Assembly: GCA_963797095.1 (NCBI GenBank)
Contig: CAWCNY010000003.1
Location: forward strand, 352,001 to 416,000
DNA: 64,000 nt
Direction of reading: 5' to 3'
From: an uncultured Chloroflexia bacterium
GTDB taxonomy: Bacteria; Chloroflexota; Chloroflexia; QHBQ01; JADMIH01
Part shown: piece after piece, positions 39,710 through 49,006 of the stretch
How positions within the stretch are numbered: the stretch's first letter is position 1
How the letters are laid out: every line of letters begins with the position of its first letter
Notes under the pieces: generated by a model
Database searches by the model: none
What the model was told of the DNA's origin: nothing
The model's input: the letters and a program-made list of their open reading frames with translations, nothing else
Program-made: the position numbers and the translations under genes

Positions 39710-41678
39710 CTATTGCCTGGCGTAGATGAAACTTTGCTCCGTACCGTTACTGTCGTTCCTGACCACAAGTTGCAACCTATTGCCCCGAGAGTTATCGAGG
39801 CTGATAGTGATCGAAGTCGCAGGCAATGAAGGGTGGGTAAAGGTCAGAGGCTCGCCGTCAAACGTGGTATTCAACGTGAGGATGGGAGTTGGGCACGGCA
39901 CCCCACTGCACGAGTCGAAGAGGTCCATATTCAGGGCATCGCCCTGTGCTGCTATCTGGAGCTTCAGGATGCCCCGAGGCTCCGGATCGGCGGCGACTTG
40001 CAACCAGGTGCCGGCGTAGTTGGCCGCTACGACCTTATGGAATCTGAGCTCCTGGTTGCCATCAAAGACGACCGCCAGCCTGTTCTCCGCCGCGTTGTTG
40101 AGCGCGATTCTGAACTGGTGGCCGTCAATTGTGATGTCGAACGGCTCGTTATTATATGCGGCGACGGCAGGCGGGCGGGGGGCACAGGCTCGCGCCGCAC
40201 GACTGGAACCATGTGACTCTGAGATTGGCAACATCCGGCTCGATCCAGAGCTTGCCCACGCTGCCGACCGTGTTATCATCGTTGAGCCATGTCCCGGCGT
40301 AGTCAGCGGGCCTGGCCAGGTGGAACGTGAGGTTCTGGCTGCCCCTGAACAACACGAACAGCTTGGGCGGCACATCGGCCACCAACGTCATGCTGAAACT
40401 GAACCCATTCAGCGTCACATTGAGGGGCACCCCGCTGAATGCGACGGTTCGCTGCTGGTTGCCGCACAGGCCGGTGCTACACGGGCTGAACCATTGCACG
40501 GTCAGGTTGTTATTGGCCGCCAGCTTGATCCATATCTTGCCGACGGTAGTTGTGCTTGCATCGTCGTTCACCCAGGTGCCTACAAAGCTGCGCGGGTCGG
40601 GCTGGATAATGTTGATAGTAGGCGTGGGAGAAGGTTGCGGCTGGCCTGTGGTGGGCGTGGCGGTTGGCTGCTGGGGCTGAGGCTGCGGCGGTGTGCCGGT
40701 CGGTGGCGCGGCGGTCGGCACAGGTGCTGTGGGCGGAGGAAGCGCACCTCCATACCGCCAGTCGTAATAGTGCTGCCCGATATTGCCCATCTGCACCCTG
40801 AACGCTGCGGGAAAGCTCGGCACATAAGTGACCACGCGCCGCTCGAACGCCTGGATCATCACATCCACGTTCGGCACATTGGCTATTTTCACCTTTGCCC
40901 AGTACGGTTCCGAGATCGGCAGCCCCGTCGCATAGAACCAGGGGTCCGATAGGCGGGCGTTGACGTTGCGGCCCGTAACAGGGTCGTACACTGGGCCTGT
41001 CTGGTTCAGGAAATCCCAGATTACCTTCGGGATGTTGTGCCCGGTGCTCGGCTCATAAAAGAGCATCTGGGTTCCTGGGTCTGCCGCCTTGCCGGGGTCT
41101 ACGCCCGTCTGTCCGTCCTTGTTGATAGTATCGGTGGCAAACTGACCGCCCCTGTTGTTGGCCCGATGGTCGCCAAGGGGAGTGTTGCTCACGCCCTGGA
41201 AGCTGACGTAGGTGGGGGCGTTGGGGTCGTCGGTGTCGGAAGCGAGAGGGATGTCGGCGGGAGGGCGATCTTCATAGCTGGAATTGCCGACCTGCATTTT
41301 GCCTGAGATAAGTTCGACCGTCAGCAGGCCGTTGGTCACGAAGAATGGGTTGCTCTGGTCCCCGTTGGGGTCGTTGATCTCCATGCGGCTCTTGTCGAAG
41401 TATTGGACAAGACGCTTGCCATCGACACCTTCAGCGTAGTCTTCGAGCAGCCCACCAGTGTTGGGAGCGGGCCCCCAGTAGTAGGAGCGCTGCACCTCCC
41501 CCGACGAGACCGGCAGGTCGGTGCGCTCCCAGGTGCGGAGGAACGCGGGGTGCGCGTAACCCGCCGCCTGGGCAGGCGCATCGAGCGTGCGCGCCACGAC
41601 CCCACCTGAGGTCGGCAGGGCCGCGCTCACTATTGCCAACAGCGCCAATAATGAAAGAGCTCGTCGCTGGCCTCGCAT
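39710..41678 (-). pseudogene. Frameshifted secreted protein (paralog of 41850-43760): Chloroflexi-type module plus three GTW-type repeats
   Basis: ORF 40152-41678 continues in another frame to 39710; deleting one base around the G6 run at 40177-40182 restores repeat spacing C-x8-Y. Confidence 0.75.
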
Positions 41679-41698
41679 CGCTTTGCTCCATTCTCAGG

Positions 41699-41722
41699 CT
41701 CACAGGCAGATCTGCCTGTGAG
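41699..41722. other. Perfect 24-bp palindrome upstream of the frameshifted paralog
   Basis: CTCACAGGCAGATCTGCCTGTGAG. Confidence 0.6.
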
Positions 41723-41849
41723 GCGAGCAATAACCAACACTGTGGCACGATGTAGTGCTTGGCGCGTGCTGACTCTACTTCATCGTTTTGCAGCCGGCGG
41801 GGAGAATCCTACATAGGATTGTCCCCGGCAGCCACTATGCTCTAAATCC

Positions 41850-43760
41850 TCATTGTTTCTTGAGCCTGTTCGTACGGTCGCCGCCGGGGGCATTCGTCAC
41901 ATCCACTCGCAACAGGGTCCCTCCCGCGTTGTCGAATGTAATCACAAATGTCCGGGTGGGCAATACGGTAGTATTGATCGTCAAAGGCTCACCGTCATAC
42001 GTGCCGCTGACGGTGCCGTTATCGCAGGGCGAGCCGCCGCATACGCCGAACCAGTGCACGTTGACTGTATTGCCGGAGGACGTGACCTCAAACCGGGCTA
42101 TGTCGCTGCTGTTCGCATCGACGTTTACCCAGGTGCCGTTGTAGTCCGAGGCTTTCACTTTGTGGAACCTGAGCAGCGTAGTGCCCTGATAGATCACAAG
42201 CAGTTTGGTGCCCCCCGCGTTGTCAAACGTGATCCTGAAGGAGCGGGTATCAAGGGTGATGTTGAACGGCTCACCGCTGTAGGGGGCGGTCTTCTCCTCG
42301 TTGTAGCAGAGGCCGGGCGAGCAAGCACCGAACCACTTGACCTTCAAGTTACTGTTGCTACCGGTGATCCACAGCTTGGCCGCGCTCGCTGTAGCTGCAT
42401 CATCGTTCAGCCAGGCACCCGAATAGTCCTCGGCTTTGACCTTGTGGAACAACAGGGTATCGGTCCCCTGATAGACTACCTTCAGCTTTGGAGGCGAGTC
42501 GCTGGCTATCGACAGGCTGAAACTGCGTCCGTCGAGAGTGATGTTGAACGGCTCGCCGTTGTAGGGGGCGGTCTTCTCCTCGTTGTCGCAGAGGCCGGGC
42601 GAACAGGCACCGAACCACTTGACCTTCAGGCTGTTATTGCCCACCTGGCTGATCCACAGCTTGGCCGCGCTTCCCGTATTGGCATCGTCGTTCAGCCAGG
42701 TGCCAACGAAGGCATCGGCTGTGTGCGGCACCAGCGTAGCGGTGGGGGTAGCCGTGGGCTGCGAGGGAGGAGTGGTCGGTGGAGGCGTGGTAGTAGGCGG
42801 CACCGTCACGGTGGCCGGTGGTGTGGAACTCCCATATCGCCAGTCGTAGTAGTGCTGTCCGATGTTGCTCATCTGCACCTGGAAGCCTGACGGCGCGCTA
42901 GGCACATAAGTGACCACGCGCCGCTCGAACGCCTGGATCATCACATCCACGTTCTGCACGTTAGCTATTTTCACTTTGGCCCAATAGGGGTCCGAAATCG
43001 GGTAGCCCGTGGTGTAGAACCAGGGGTCTGAGAGGCGCCCGTTCTCGTTATGTCCGGTTGACGAGTTATAGATCGGCCCGCTCAGGTTCAGGAAGTCCCA
43101 CACGATCTGCGGGATATTATGCTGGGTGGCAGGCTCGAAGTAGGCGAACCTGGTGCCCGGCAGATTAGCCATCGCCGGGTCGTCACCCACCTGCCCGGCC
43201 TTGTTTATGGTAGCAGTGGCAAACTGGCCCACTTTGTTAGGCGCATGATGGTCACCAAGGGGAGTGTTGCTCACGCCCTGGAAGCTGACATAAGTGGGAG
43301 CATTGGGGTCATCGGTATCGGAGGCGAGAGGGATGTCGGCGGGGGCGCGGTCCTGGTAAGCGAAGTTGCCCACCTGCATTTTGCCTGAGATAAGCTCGAT
43401 GGTCAGCAGGCCATTGGTCACGAAGAATGGGTTGGACTGGTCCCCGTTGGGGTCGTTGATCTCCATGCGGCTCTTGTCGAAGTATTGGACAAGGCGCTTG
43501 CCGCCCGGTCCTTCGGCATAGTCCTCAAGCAAGCCGCCGGTGTTGGGGTTCGGACCCCAGTACCACGAACGCTGAACCTCGCCGAACGACACTGGCCTGT
43601 CGGTGCGCTCCCAGGTGCGCTGGAACGCGGGATGGGCAAAGGCCTCGGCCAGTGAAGGCCCATTTAGAGTGCTTGCGGTTGCACCACCCGATCCGACCAG
43701 AGCGGGCGCGGCCAGCACCGCCAGGGCCGCGTAGGATAGATATCGCTGTTTGTTCCTCAT
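41850..43760 (-). CDS. Secreted protein: Chloroflexi-type module, P/T linker and three ~95-aa repeats (GTWxNxD...WFGxC)
   Basis: Signal peptide; WERTDRPV, YFDKSRME, QAFERR, HYYDWRY; GAGGAGG RBS. Confidence 0.82.
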   Translation of the reverse strand: MRNKQRYLSYAALAVLAAPALVGSGGATASTLNGPSLAEAFAHPAFQRTWERTDRPVSFGEVQRSWYWGPNPNTGGLLEDYAEGPGGKRLVQYFDKSRMEINDPNGDQSNPFFVTNGLLTIELISGKMQVGNFAYQDRAPADIPLASDTDDPNAPTYVSFQGVSNTPLGDHHAPNKVGQFATATINKAGQVGDDPAMANLPGTRFAYFEPATQHNIPQIVWDFLNLSGPIYNSSTGHNENGRLSDPWFYTTGYPISDPYWAKVKIANVQNVDVMIQAFERRVVTYVPSAPSGFQVQMSNIGQHYYDWRYGSSTPPATVTVPPTTTPPPTTPPSQPTATPTATLVPHTADAFVGTWLNDDANTGSAAKLWISQVGNNSLKVKWFGACSPGLCDNEEKTAPYNGEPFNITLDGRSFSLSIASDSPPKLKVVYQGTDTLLFHKVKAEDYSGAWLNDDAATASAAKLWITGSNSNLKVKWFGACSPGLCYNEEKTAPYSGEPFNITLDTRSFRITFDNAGGTKLLVIYQGTTLLRFHKVKASDYNGTWVNVDANSSDIARFEVTSSGNTVNVHWFGVCGGSPCDNGTVSGTYDGEPLTINTTVLPTRTFVITFDNAGGTLLRVDVTNAPGGDRTNRLKKQ

Positions 43761-43926
43761 CCTCCAGCCTCCTCTTTGAGTATAAAAGCAGCCTTCAGGG
43801 CGGCATGATACGACGCTGCTGCACAATTATGGGTACGCGATTGCCCACAATTATACAACGTAATCACAAAGATCGCGGTCTCGTTGAAAACAGCAAGATC
43901 TTCGCGCCTGGTGGTACAATTACGGC

Positions 43927-45063
43927 ATGACGAGCTATGATCCTACGGCGGTTGCGACCGCCGTCAGCGCGGTTATCTCTGCCATCGATCTTCCTCATGG
44001 CCGCCTCGCGCTCCCTGTCTTCCTTCCCGATGCCACTGTGGGCGTGGTCCGCACCCTCGACGCGAGCGACCTGGAGGCGTGCGGCGTGCAGGCCCTCGTA
44101 ATGAACACCTTCCACCTGACCCAGCACCCAGGCTCGTCTACGGTGCAGGCGTTGGGCGGACTTCACAGGATGGCGGGCTGGCAGCGTCCTATCATCACCG
44201 ACTCGGGGGGCTTCCAGGCGTATTCCCTCATACGGCAGAACCCCAGGTTCGGCTCGATGAGCGAGCGCGGGATCATCTTCCGCCCCGAAGGCTCCGACCG
44301 CAAGTTCCAGCTTACGCCCGAAAAAGCGGTACAACTCCAGATCAGCTACGACAGCGATGTAGTGATAGCGCTCGATGATTGCACGCATGTGGACGCCACC
44401 TATGAGGTGCAGAAAGAAGCCGTAGAGCGCACCATCAAGTGGGCCAAACGGTGCAAGTGCGAGTTCGAGCGATTGCTCAGCGGCAAGCGTGGCGAAGCCA
44501 GGCCGCTACTCTTCGGAGTGATCCAGGGCGGGGGCTTCCACGAGCTTCGAAAGCGATGTGCCGAGGAATTGCTTGAGATCGGGTTCGACGGGTTCGGGTT
44601 CGGCGGCTGGCCCCTCGATTCGGAAGGGCATTTGCTGACCGATATCATCTCCTACACGCGACAGCTTGTGCCCGCGCACCTGCCGATGCACGCTCTGGGC
44701 GTGGGCCACCCGGCCAACGTCGTGGAGTGCGCGAAAGCGGGCTACAACATGTTCGACAGCGCCCTCCCCACCCGCGATGCCCGCCATGGCCGCCTCTACA
44801 TGTTCATCTCCGAATCCGACCCTTCGCGAACATCCCCCCATGCCTGGTTCGCCTTCCGCTACGTCACGGACGACAAGTACATCAAGTGCGAGCACCCTGT
44901 TTCAGCCCTGTGCGATTGCCTCACATGCACTCGCTACCCGATGGGCTATCTCCACCACCTCTACAAAATAGGCGATGCGCTATTCATGCGCCTGGCGACG
45001 ATCCACAACCTGCGCTTCATGACGATGCTGATGGAAAAGCTTGCCCCAAACGCAGGTAAGTAG
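43927..45063 (+). CDS. tgt: tRNA-guanine transglycosylase family protein (divergent)
   Basis: NTFHL, TDSGGFQ, LDDC, GVIQGG, LGVG, MFDSALPTRDARHG; Zn site CDCLTC...HN. Confidence 0.88.
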   Translation: MTSYDPTAVATAVSAVISAIDLPHGRLALPVFLPDATVGVVRTLDASDLEACGVQALVMNTFHLTQHPGSSTVQALGGLHRMAGWQRPIITDSGGFQAYSLIRQNPRFGSMSERGIIFRPEGSDRKFQLTPEKAVQLQISYDSDVVIALDDCTHVDATYEVQKEAVERTIKWAKRCKCEFERLLSGKRGEARPLLFGVIQGGGFHELRKRCAEELLEIGFDGFGFGGWPLDSEGHLLTDIISYTRQLVPAHLPMHALGVGHPANVVECAKAGYNMFDSALPTRDARHGRLYMFISESDPSRTSPHAWFAFRYVTDDKYIKCEHPVSALCDCLTCTRYPMGYLHHLYKIGDALFMRLATIHNLRFMTMLMEKLAPNAGK

Positions 45064-45147
45064 GGACAACGTAAGCCTCACCTTGATAAGCTACAAATGC
45101 TAGACGAGGGCCTGTCATCCTGACTACACCATCAACGAAGCAAAGAC

Positions 45148-45179
45148 TTGTAGGGGCGAGGCATGCCTCGCCCCTACAA
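45148..45179. repeat. GTAG-type REP palindrome
   Basis: TTGTAGGGGCGAGGCATGCCTCGCCCCTACAA is a perfect palindrome. Confidence 0.8.
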
Positions 45180-45297
45180 CGAATTCTTCCTTCAACGCTG
45201 TAGATTTGTACTCAAGATGACACAGATGTTGACAACACAAAATGAGCTAAACTACATCCAGTCTTCCCAATAAGCTTGAGACCGTTCTTCTCGAAAT

Positions 45298-46137
45298 ATG
45301 GCAGAAGTTGAGGAGCAATTGCTGGATAAGGTGGTGCAGACGGTGCTGGCAAGCGCAAAGTACCGCCATATTAGCCCTGCCCTCGTTCGGGATCTCAGTC
45401 GCGCCGAGATAGGCAAAGGGCGCGGGCTGAAAGACACTATCAAGGCGGTCAAGAACAAGTTACACCAGGTGGCGGGGGCCTATCTCGACGGCGGGGGCGA
45501 CCTATCGGCGCATACATACGAGCGGTGGCTAACCGAGTTAAAGGACGCAAGCAGCTCGCCCAACGCGGACGACCTGAAGCGCGCGTGCCGCGAGATCATG
45601 GCGCACCATAGCTCCACCCGCGAGCGCCTGCCCATCCTGGATGAGTTCTACAGCGCCATCTTTGACGCATTACCCCCCGTGCGCTCGATGGTCGATGTGG
45701 CGTGCGGCCTCAACCCCCTTGCCATCCCCTGGATGCCACTCGCACCCCGTGCAGAGTACCACGCATACGACATCTACAGTGATATGATGGCGTTCCTGGG
45801 CGACTTCATGGCTTTTACAAGCGTGCGGGGAGACGCCGAAACACGCGACGTTGTCGCACAACCGCCCTCGGCACAGGTGGATCTGGCGCTGGTACTGAAA
45901 GCGATCCCCTGCCTTGAGCAGATCGACAAGTCGGGGGGCCGCCGCCTGATCGATGGCCTGAGCGCCCTGCACATGGTCGTGTCGTTCCCCGTCGCCAGCC
46001 TGGGCGGCAAGAACAGGGGCATGTCCGCAAACTACGAAGCACAATTCTGGGAACTGGCTGCTGACCGGAATTGGAGCGTCAGAAAGTTGGAGTTCAAGAC
46101 TGAACTGGCCTTTCTGATTACAACACAAACAACCTGA
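45298..46137 (+). CDS. 16S rRNA (guanine(1405)-N7)-methyltransferase homolog (Rmt/ArmA/Sgm/FmrO family)
   Basis: KNKLHQVAGAY, HSSTRERLP, DVACGLNPLA (SAM binding), YDI, LKAIPCLEQ, VVSFPVASLGGKNRGMSANY, terminal ELAF. Confidence 0.9.
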   Translation: MAEVEEQLLDKVVQTVLASAKYRHISPALVRDLSRAEIGKGRGLKDTIKAVKNKLHQVAGAYLDGGGDLSAHTYERWLTELKDASSSPNADDLKRACREIMAHHSSTRERLPILDEFYSAIFDALPPVRSMVDVACGLNPLAIPWMPLAPRAEYHAYDIYSDMMAFLGDFMAFTSVRGDAETRDVVAQPPSAQVDLALVLKAIPCLEQIDKSGGRRLIDGLSALHMVVSFPVASLGGKNRGMSANYEAQFWELAADRNWSVRKLEFKTELAFLITTQTT

Positions 46138-46148
46138 GGAGAAGCACC

Positions 46149-46490
46149 ATGTCAACAGATCCACGCGCGGAATACGACAGGATCGCCGATGAGCTTGCGA
46201 GCGAGGCATCGGCGATCAGCAGCAAGATGTTCGGCATGCCCGTTCTCAAAAAGAACGGCAAGGCCTTCGCGGGGTTCTACGGAAAGAACGACGCCATGAC
46301 CTTCAAGCTGACGGGCGCTGCACACGCAGAGGCGCTGGCCTTGGCTAGAGCGAGGCTCTCTGACCCATCAGTGATGGGGCGACCGATGAAAGAGTGGGTG
46401 GAAGTGCCGGCCGAACACGCCAGCAGGTGGCCTGAACTTGCCAGGCAAGCCCTGAGCTACCTCGACGCGAGCCTGAAGAAAGAGAGCTAG
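46149..46490 (+). CDS. Small TfoX-N/MmcQ-YjbR-like protein
   Basis: KMFGMP...NGKAFAG...GRPMKEWV; GAGGAG RBS; begins 11 nt after the methyltransferase stop. Confidence 0.7.
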   Translation: MSTDPRAEYDRIADELASEASAISSKMFGMPVLKKNGKAFAGFYGKNDAMTFKLTGAAHAEALALARARLSDPSVMGRPMKEWVEVPAEHASRWPELARQALSYLDASLKKES

Positions 46491-46990
46491 CGCCTGCTTC
46501 GCGCCTTCTGCTCCAGCACACCCTTCACCCGCATATGGTCGGCCAGCGAGGCTTTGCGCCGCCTGCGGGCATACAGTCTCTGCCTCATCGTATTGAGAGC
46601 TGAGCTTTGCGCGTCCACCAGCATGTTCACCGTAAACTCTGTGCGCGTTGGCGACACCGCTTCATACACAAACCTGTTGATCAGGTGGTTGCCCACAAGG
46701 TAGCGGAAGGTGATCTCTTCCTTAGCAGCGTAATAGATCAGTTCCATCCGCACCACCCCCACAGACGATTCCGTGCCATCCTTTCGCACCGGGGAGAGCA
46801 CCATGACCGAGCCGGGTTTGTAAGGTTTGCCCTCCCATGCAAGCTTGAGCTGGGGCAGAGGTTCCCCTTCGAAGTCGCGCGCCCAGTAATCGGGGTTCCC
46901 GGTCAGATTGAATACCATCTCGATCGGGGCCTCGATATACATGGTGTAAGCGTAAAGGAGCCGTGCTCCCTGCAAGGCTTTTTCTAGCAT
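46487..46990 (-). CDS. Hypothetical protein, SRPBCC-like
   Basis: IEAPIEMVF start motif; basic C-terminal helix. Confidence 0.6.
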   Translation of the reverse strand: MLEKALQGARLLYAYTMYIEAPIEMVFNLTGNPDYWARDFEGEPLPQLKLAWEGKPYKPGSVMVLSPVRKDGTESSVGVVRMELIYYAAKEEITFRYLVGNHLINRFVYEAVSPTRTEFTVNMLVDAQSSALNTMRQRLYARRRRKASLADHMRVKGVLEQKARSRR

Positions 46991-46994
46991 TAGG

Positions 46995-47110
46995 AGTTCC
47001 AAGTGCCAAATTCCAAGTTCCAAATTCCAAGTTCCAAGTTCCAAGTTCCAAGTTCCTGGTTGTTGCGATAATGGACAACAGACGATAGCCTCAACCAGGA
47101 ACTTGGAACT
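46995..47110. repeat. Composite heptamer repeat (AGTTCCA)n with inverted arm
   Basis: About 8 tandem units, GTTCCTGGTTG, spacer, CAACCAGGAACTTGGAACT. Confidence 0.9.
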
Positions 47111-47111
47111 C

Positions 47112-48926
47112 TCACAAAGGTCCCGGGCCTACAAGCTCATCGAGCCTGTTGATCATACGCTCCAGGATGCTGAAGGCTCGTTCCACAGGCTCAGGGGTGG
47201 TCATGTCTATGCCAGCCAATTTGAGCGCGTCGATAGGGTAGAGGGCATCGCCCGTTTTCAGGAAGCTGAGGTAGCGGTCAACGGCGGGCTTGCCCTCTTT
47301 CAGCACCTGGTCGGCGAGGGCGTTGGCTGCCGATATGCCGGTTGTATACTGGAACACGTAGAAGTTGCCGAACAGGTGGGGGAACTCAGCCCAGGTGATG
47401 CCGACGCGCGCGTTGTCCACATCCACCGCATCGCCGTAGGCCTCCTTATAGAGGTCGGCCATCAGAGTGCTCATGCTCTCCGCCGTCAGACCCTCGCCAC
47501 GTTCCTCTCGTTCGTGGCATTCAATCTCGAACCGGGCCAGCGTTGGCATAATAAAGAGGTAGCGGTGGAAATTGCTCATCGCCTCGGCCAGAATCTCAAG
47601 CTCGAAATCTACATCCTTCGTCTTCGCCAGGAGGTCGGCACGCATCAGCGCCTGGTTGAAGTTGGACGCAGTCTCGGCCACAAACATCGAATAATTACTG
47701 TACACCGGGGGTTGCGTCTGCCACGCGAAATATGAGTGCATCGAGTGGCCCATCTCGTGTGCCAGGGTACTGACATTCTCCAAAGTGTCGTCGTAGCTGA
47801 GCAGCAGGAAAGGGTGAGTGCCGGGCGCTCCCGACGAGAACGCACCGCCCGCCTTCCCTTCGTTGGGCAGCACGTCCACCCAGCGCTCTTGATAAAGACC
47901 GCGCTTCATCGGCACAGCATACTCGTCGCCCAGCGGGGCCAGCCCTTCCACCACCATCTGCATCCCCTCTTGATACGGGATCTTCTTCTGCGAGCGGATC
48001 ATCGGCACATCGATATCATATCCGTGCAGTTTGTCCACCCCCAGCCCCCGCCGCTTGATATCCCAGTAACGGTGCCACAGGGGAAGCTTGCGCTTGAAGG
48101 TATCAATCGTTGTGTAGAACACCTCGACAGGTATGTTGGTGGCCCCCAGGGCAGCTTCCAACGAATTGGCGTACTTGCGAGCACGCGCGTAGAAGACATC
48201 GCGCTTGATGCCTATACTGAGCGCGGCGGCGAAGGTGTTCTTCATGCCGATGTACGCATCGGCCTGCGCCTCCCATGCAGCTTTGCGCACGTCGCGGTTC
48301 GTGTTCCTTATCAAGGTCTCGATGTTGCCCTGCCCCAATTCTACGTCGTGGTCGCTGTCGTCCTTGATCCTGCCGAATTTGAGGTCCGAGTCGGCCAGGG
48401 CGCCATGCACGCGATCTCCCATATTCGCCAGCTCAAGCACATTGGCAAGCACCTCCTCCACCTCGGCGGAGCGGATGTGCTCTCGCCTGCGGGCCAGCTT
48501 ATCGAAATAGTGGGCGTAGCCGCGCAGGCCCTCCGATTCCTGCTGCATCGCGTGCAAGCGCGACGGGTCAATAGTCAGGATCTCAGGCTCGAAGAAGGCC
48601 GACGCCGACAAATATCTCCCGATCAGGCCCACAGACTTACCGTAGCGGGCGATAGACGCCTGGTCGTTCATATCGCCGAAGTGGTACATCCCGGCGTACT
48701 GGTAGATGTGGAACACTTGCACGGCCAGGTCGTCGCGCCGTTTGAGCGCCTCCAGCAACGTATCTGCCGACTCGCCTAACCTTCCGGCGTATTTCTCCAG
48801 GTCGCCGAAACCGGCTGTAGCCTCGGCGACCGCCGCCTCCCAAGCCTCGTCCGACGAGAAGATGCTGCGGGCATCCCAGGTCATATCTTCGGGTACTTCG
48901 CTGCGTTTCCGCAATGCTGTGGTCAT
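47112..48926 (-). CDS. pepF: Oligoendopeptidase F (M3B)
   Basis: RWVD...GKAGGAFS, TLAHEMGHSMH, FVAETAS, FYVFQY. Confidence 0.95.
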   Translation of the reverse strand: MTTALRKRSEVPEDMTWDARSIFSSDEAWEAAVAEATAGFGDLEKYAGRLGESADTLLEALKRRDDLAVQVFHIYQYAGMYHFGDMNDQASIARYGKSVGLIGRYLSASAFFEPEILTIDPSRLHAMQQESEGLRGYAHYFDKLARRREHIRSAEVEEVLANVLELANMGDRVHGALADSDLKFGRIKDDSDHDVELGQGNIETLIRNTNRDVRKAAWEAQADAYIGMKNTFAAALSIGIKRDVFYARARKYANSLEAALGATNIPVEVFYTTIDTFKRKLPLWHRYWDIKRRGLGVDKLHGYDIDVPMIRSQKKIPYQEGMQMVVEGLAPLGDEYAVPMKRGLYQERWVDVLPNEGKAGGAFSSGAPGTHPFLLLSYDDTLENVSTLAHEMGHSMHSYFAWQTQPPVYSNYSMFVAETASNFNQALMRADLLAKTKDVDFELEILAEAMSNFHRYLFIMPTLARFEIECHEREERGEGLTAESMSTLMADLYKEAYGDAVDVDNARVGITWAEFPHLFGNFYVFQYTTGISAANALADQVLKEGKPAVDRYLSFLKTGDALYPIDALKLAGIDMTTPEPVERAFSILERMINRLDELVGPGPL

Positions 48927-49006
48927 ATATGCTCCTTTCTACGACGAAGGACGAAGGGCTAATGGGTGCGACCTTCGTCGTTCGACTTCCATCTTCGTTC
49001 TCGAAG

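Noticed and set aside
39710-43760. Diversity-generating retroelement template/variable repeat pair
   Set aside because: No reverse transcriptase; both copies are coding paralogs and differences are not obviously adenine-specific.
43927-45063. DpdA-type DNA 7-deazaguanine modification island
   Set aside because: The protein resembles Zn-binding tRNA TGTs, and no dpdB/dpdC or preQ0 synthesis genes are nearby.
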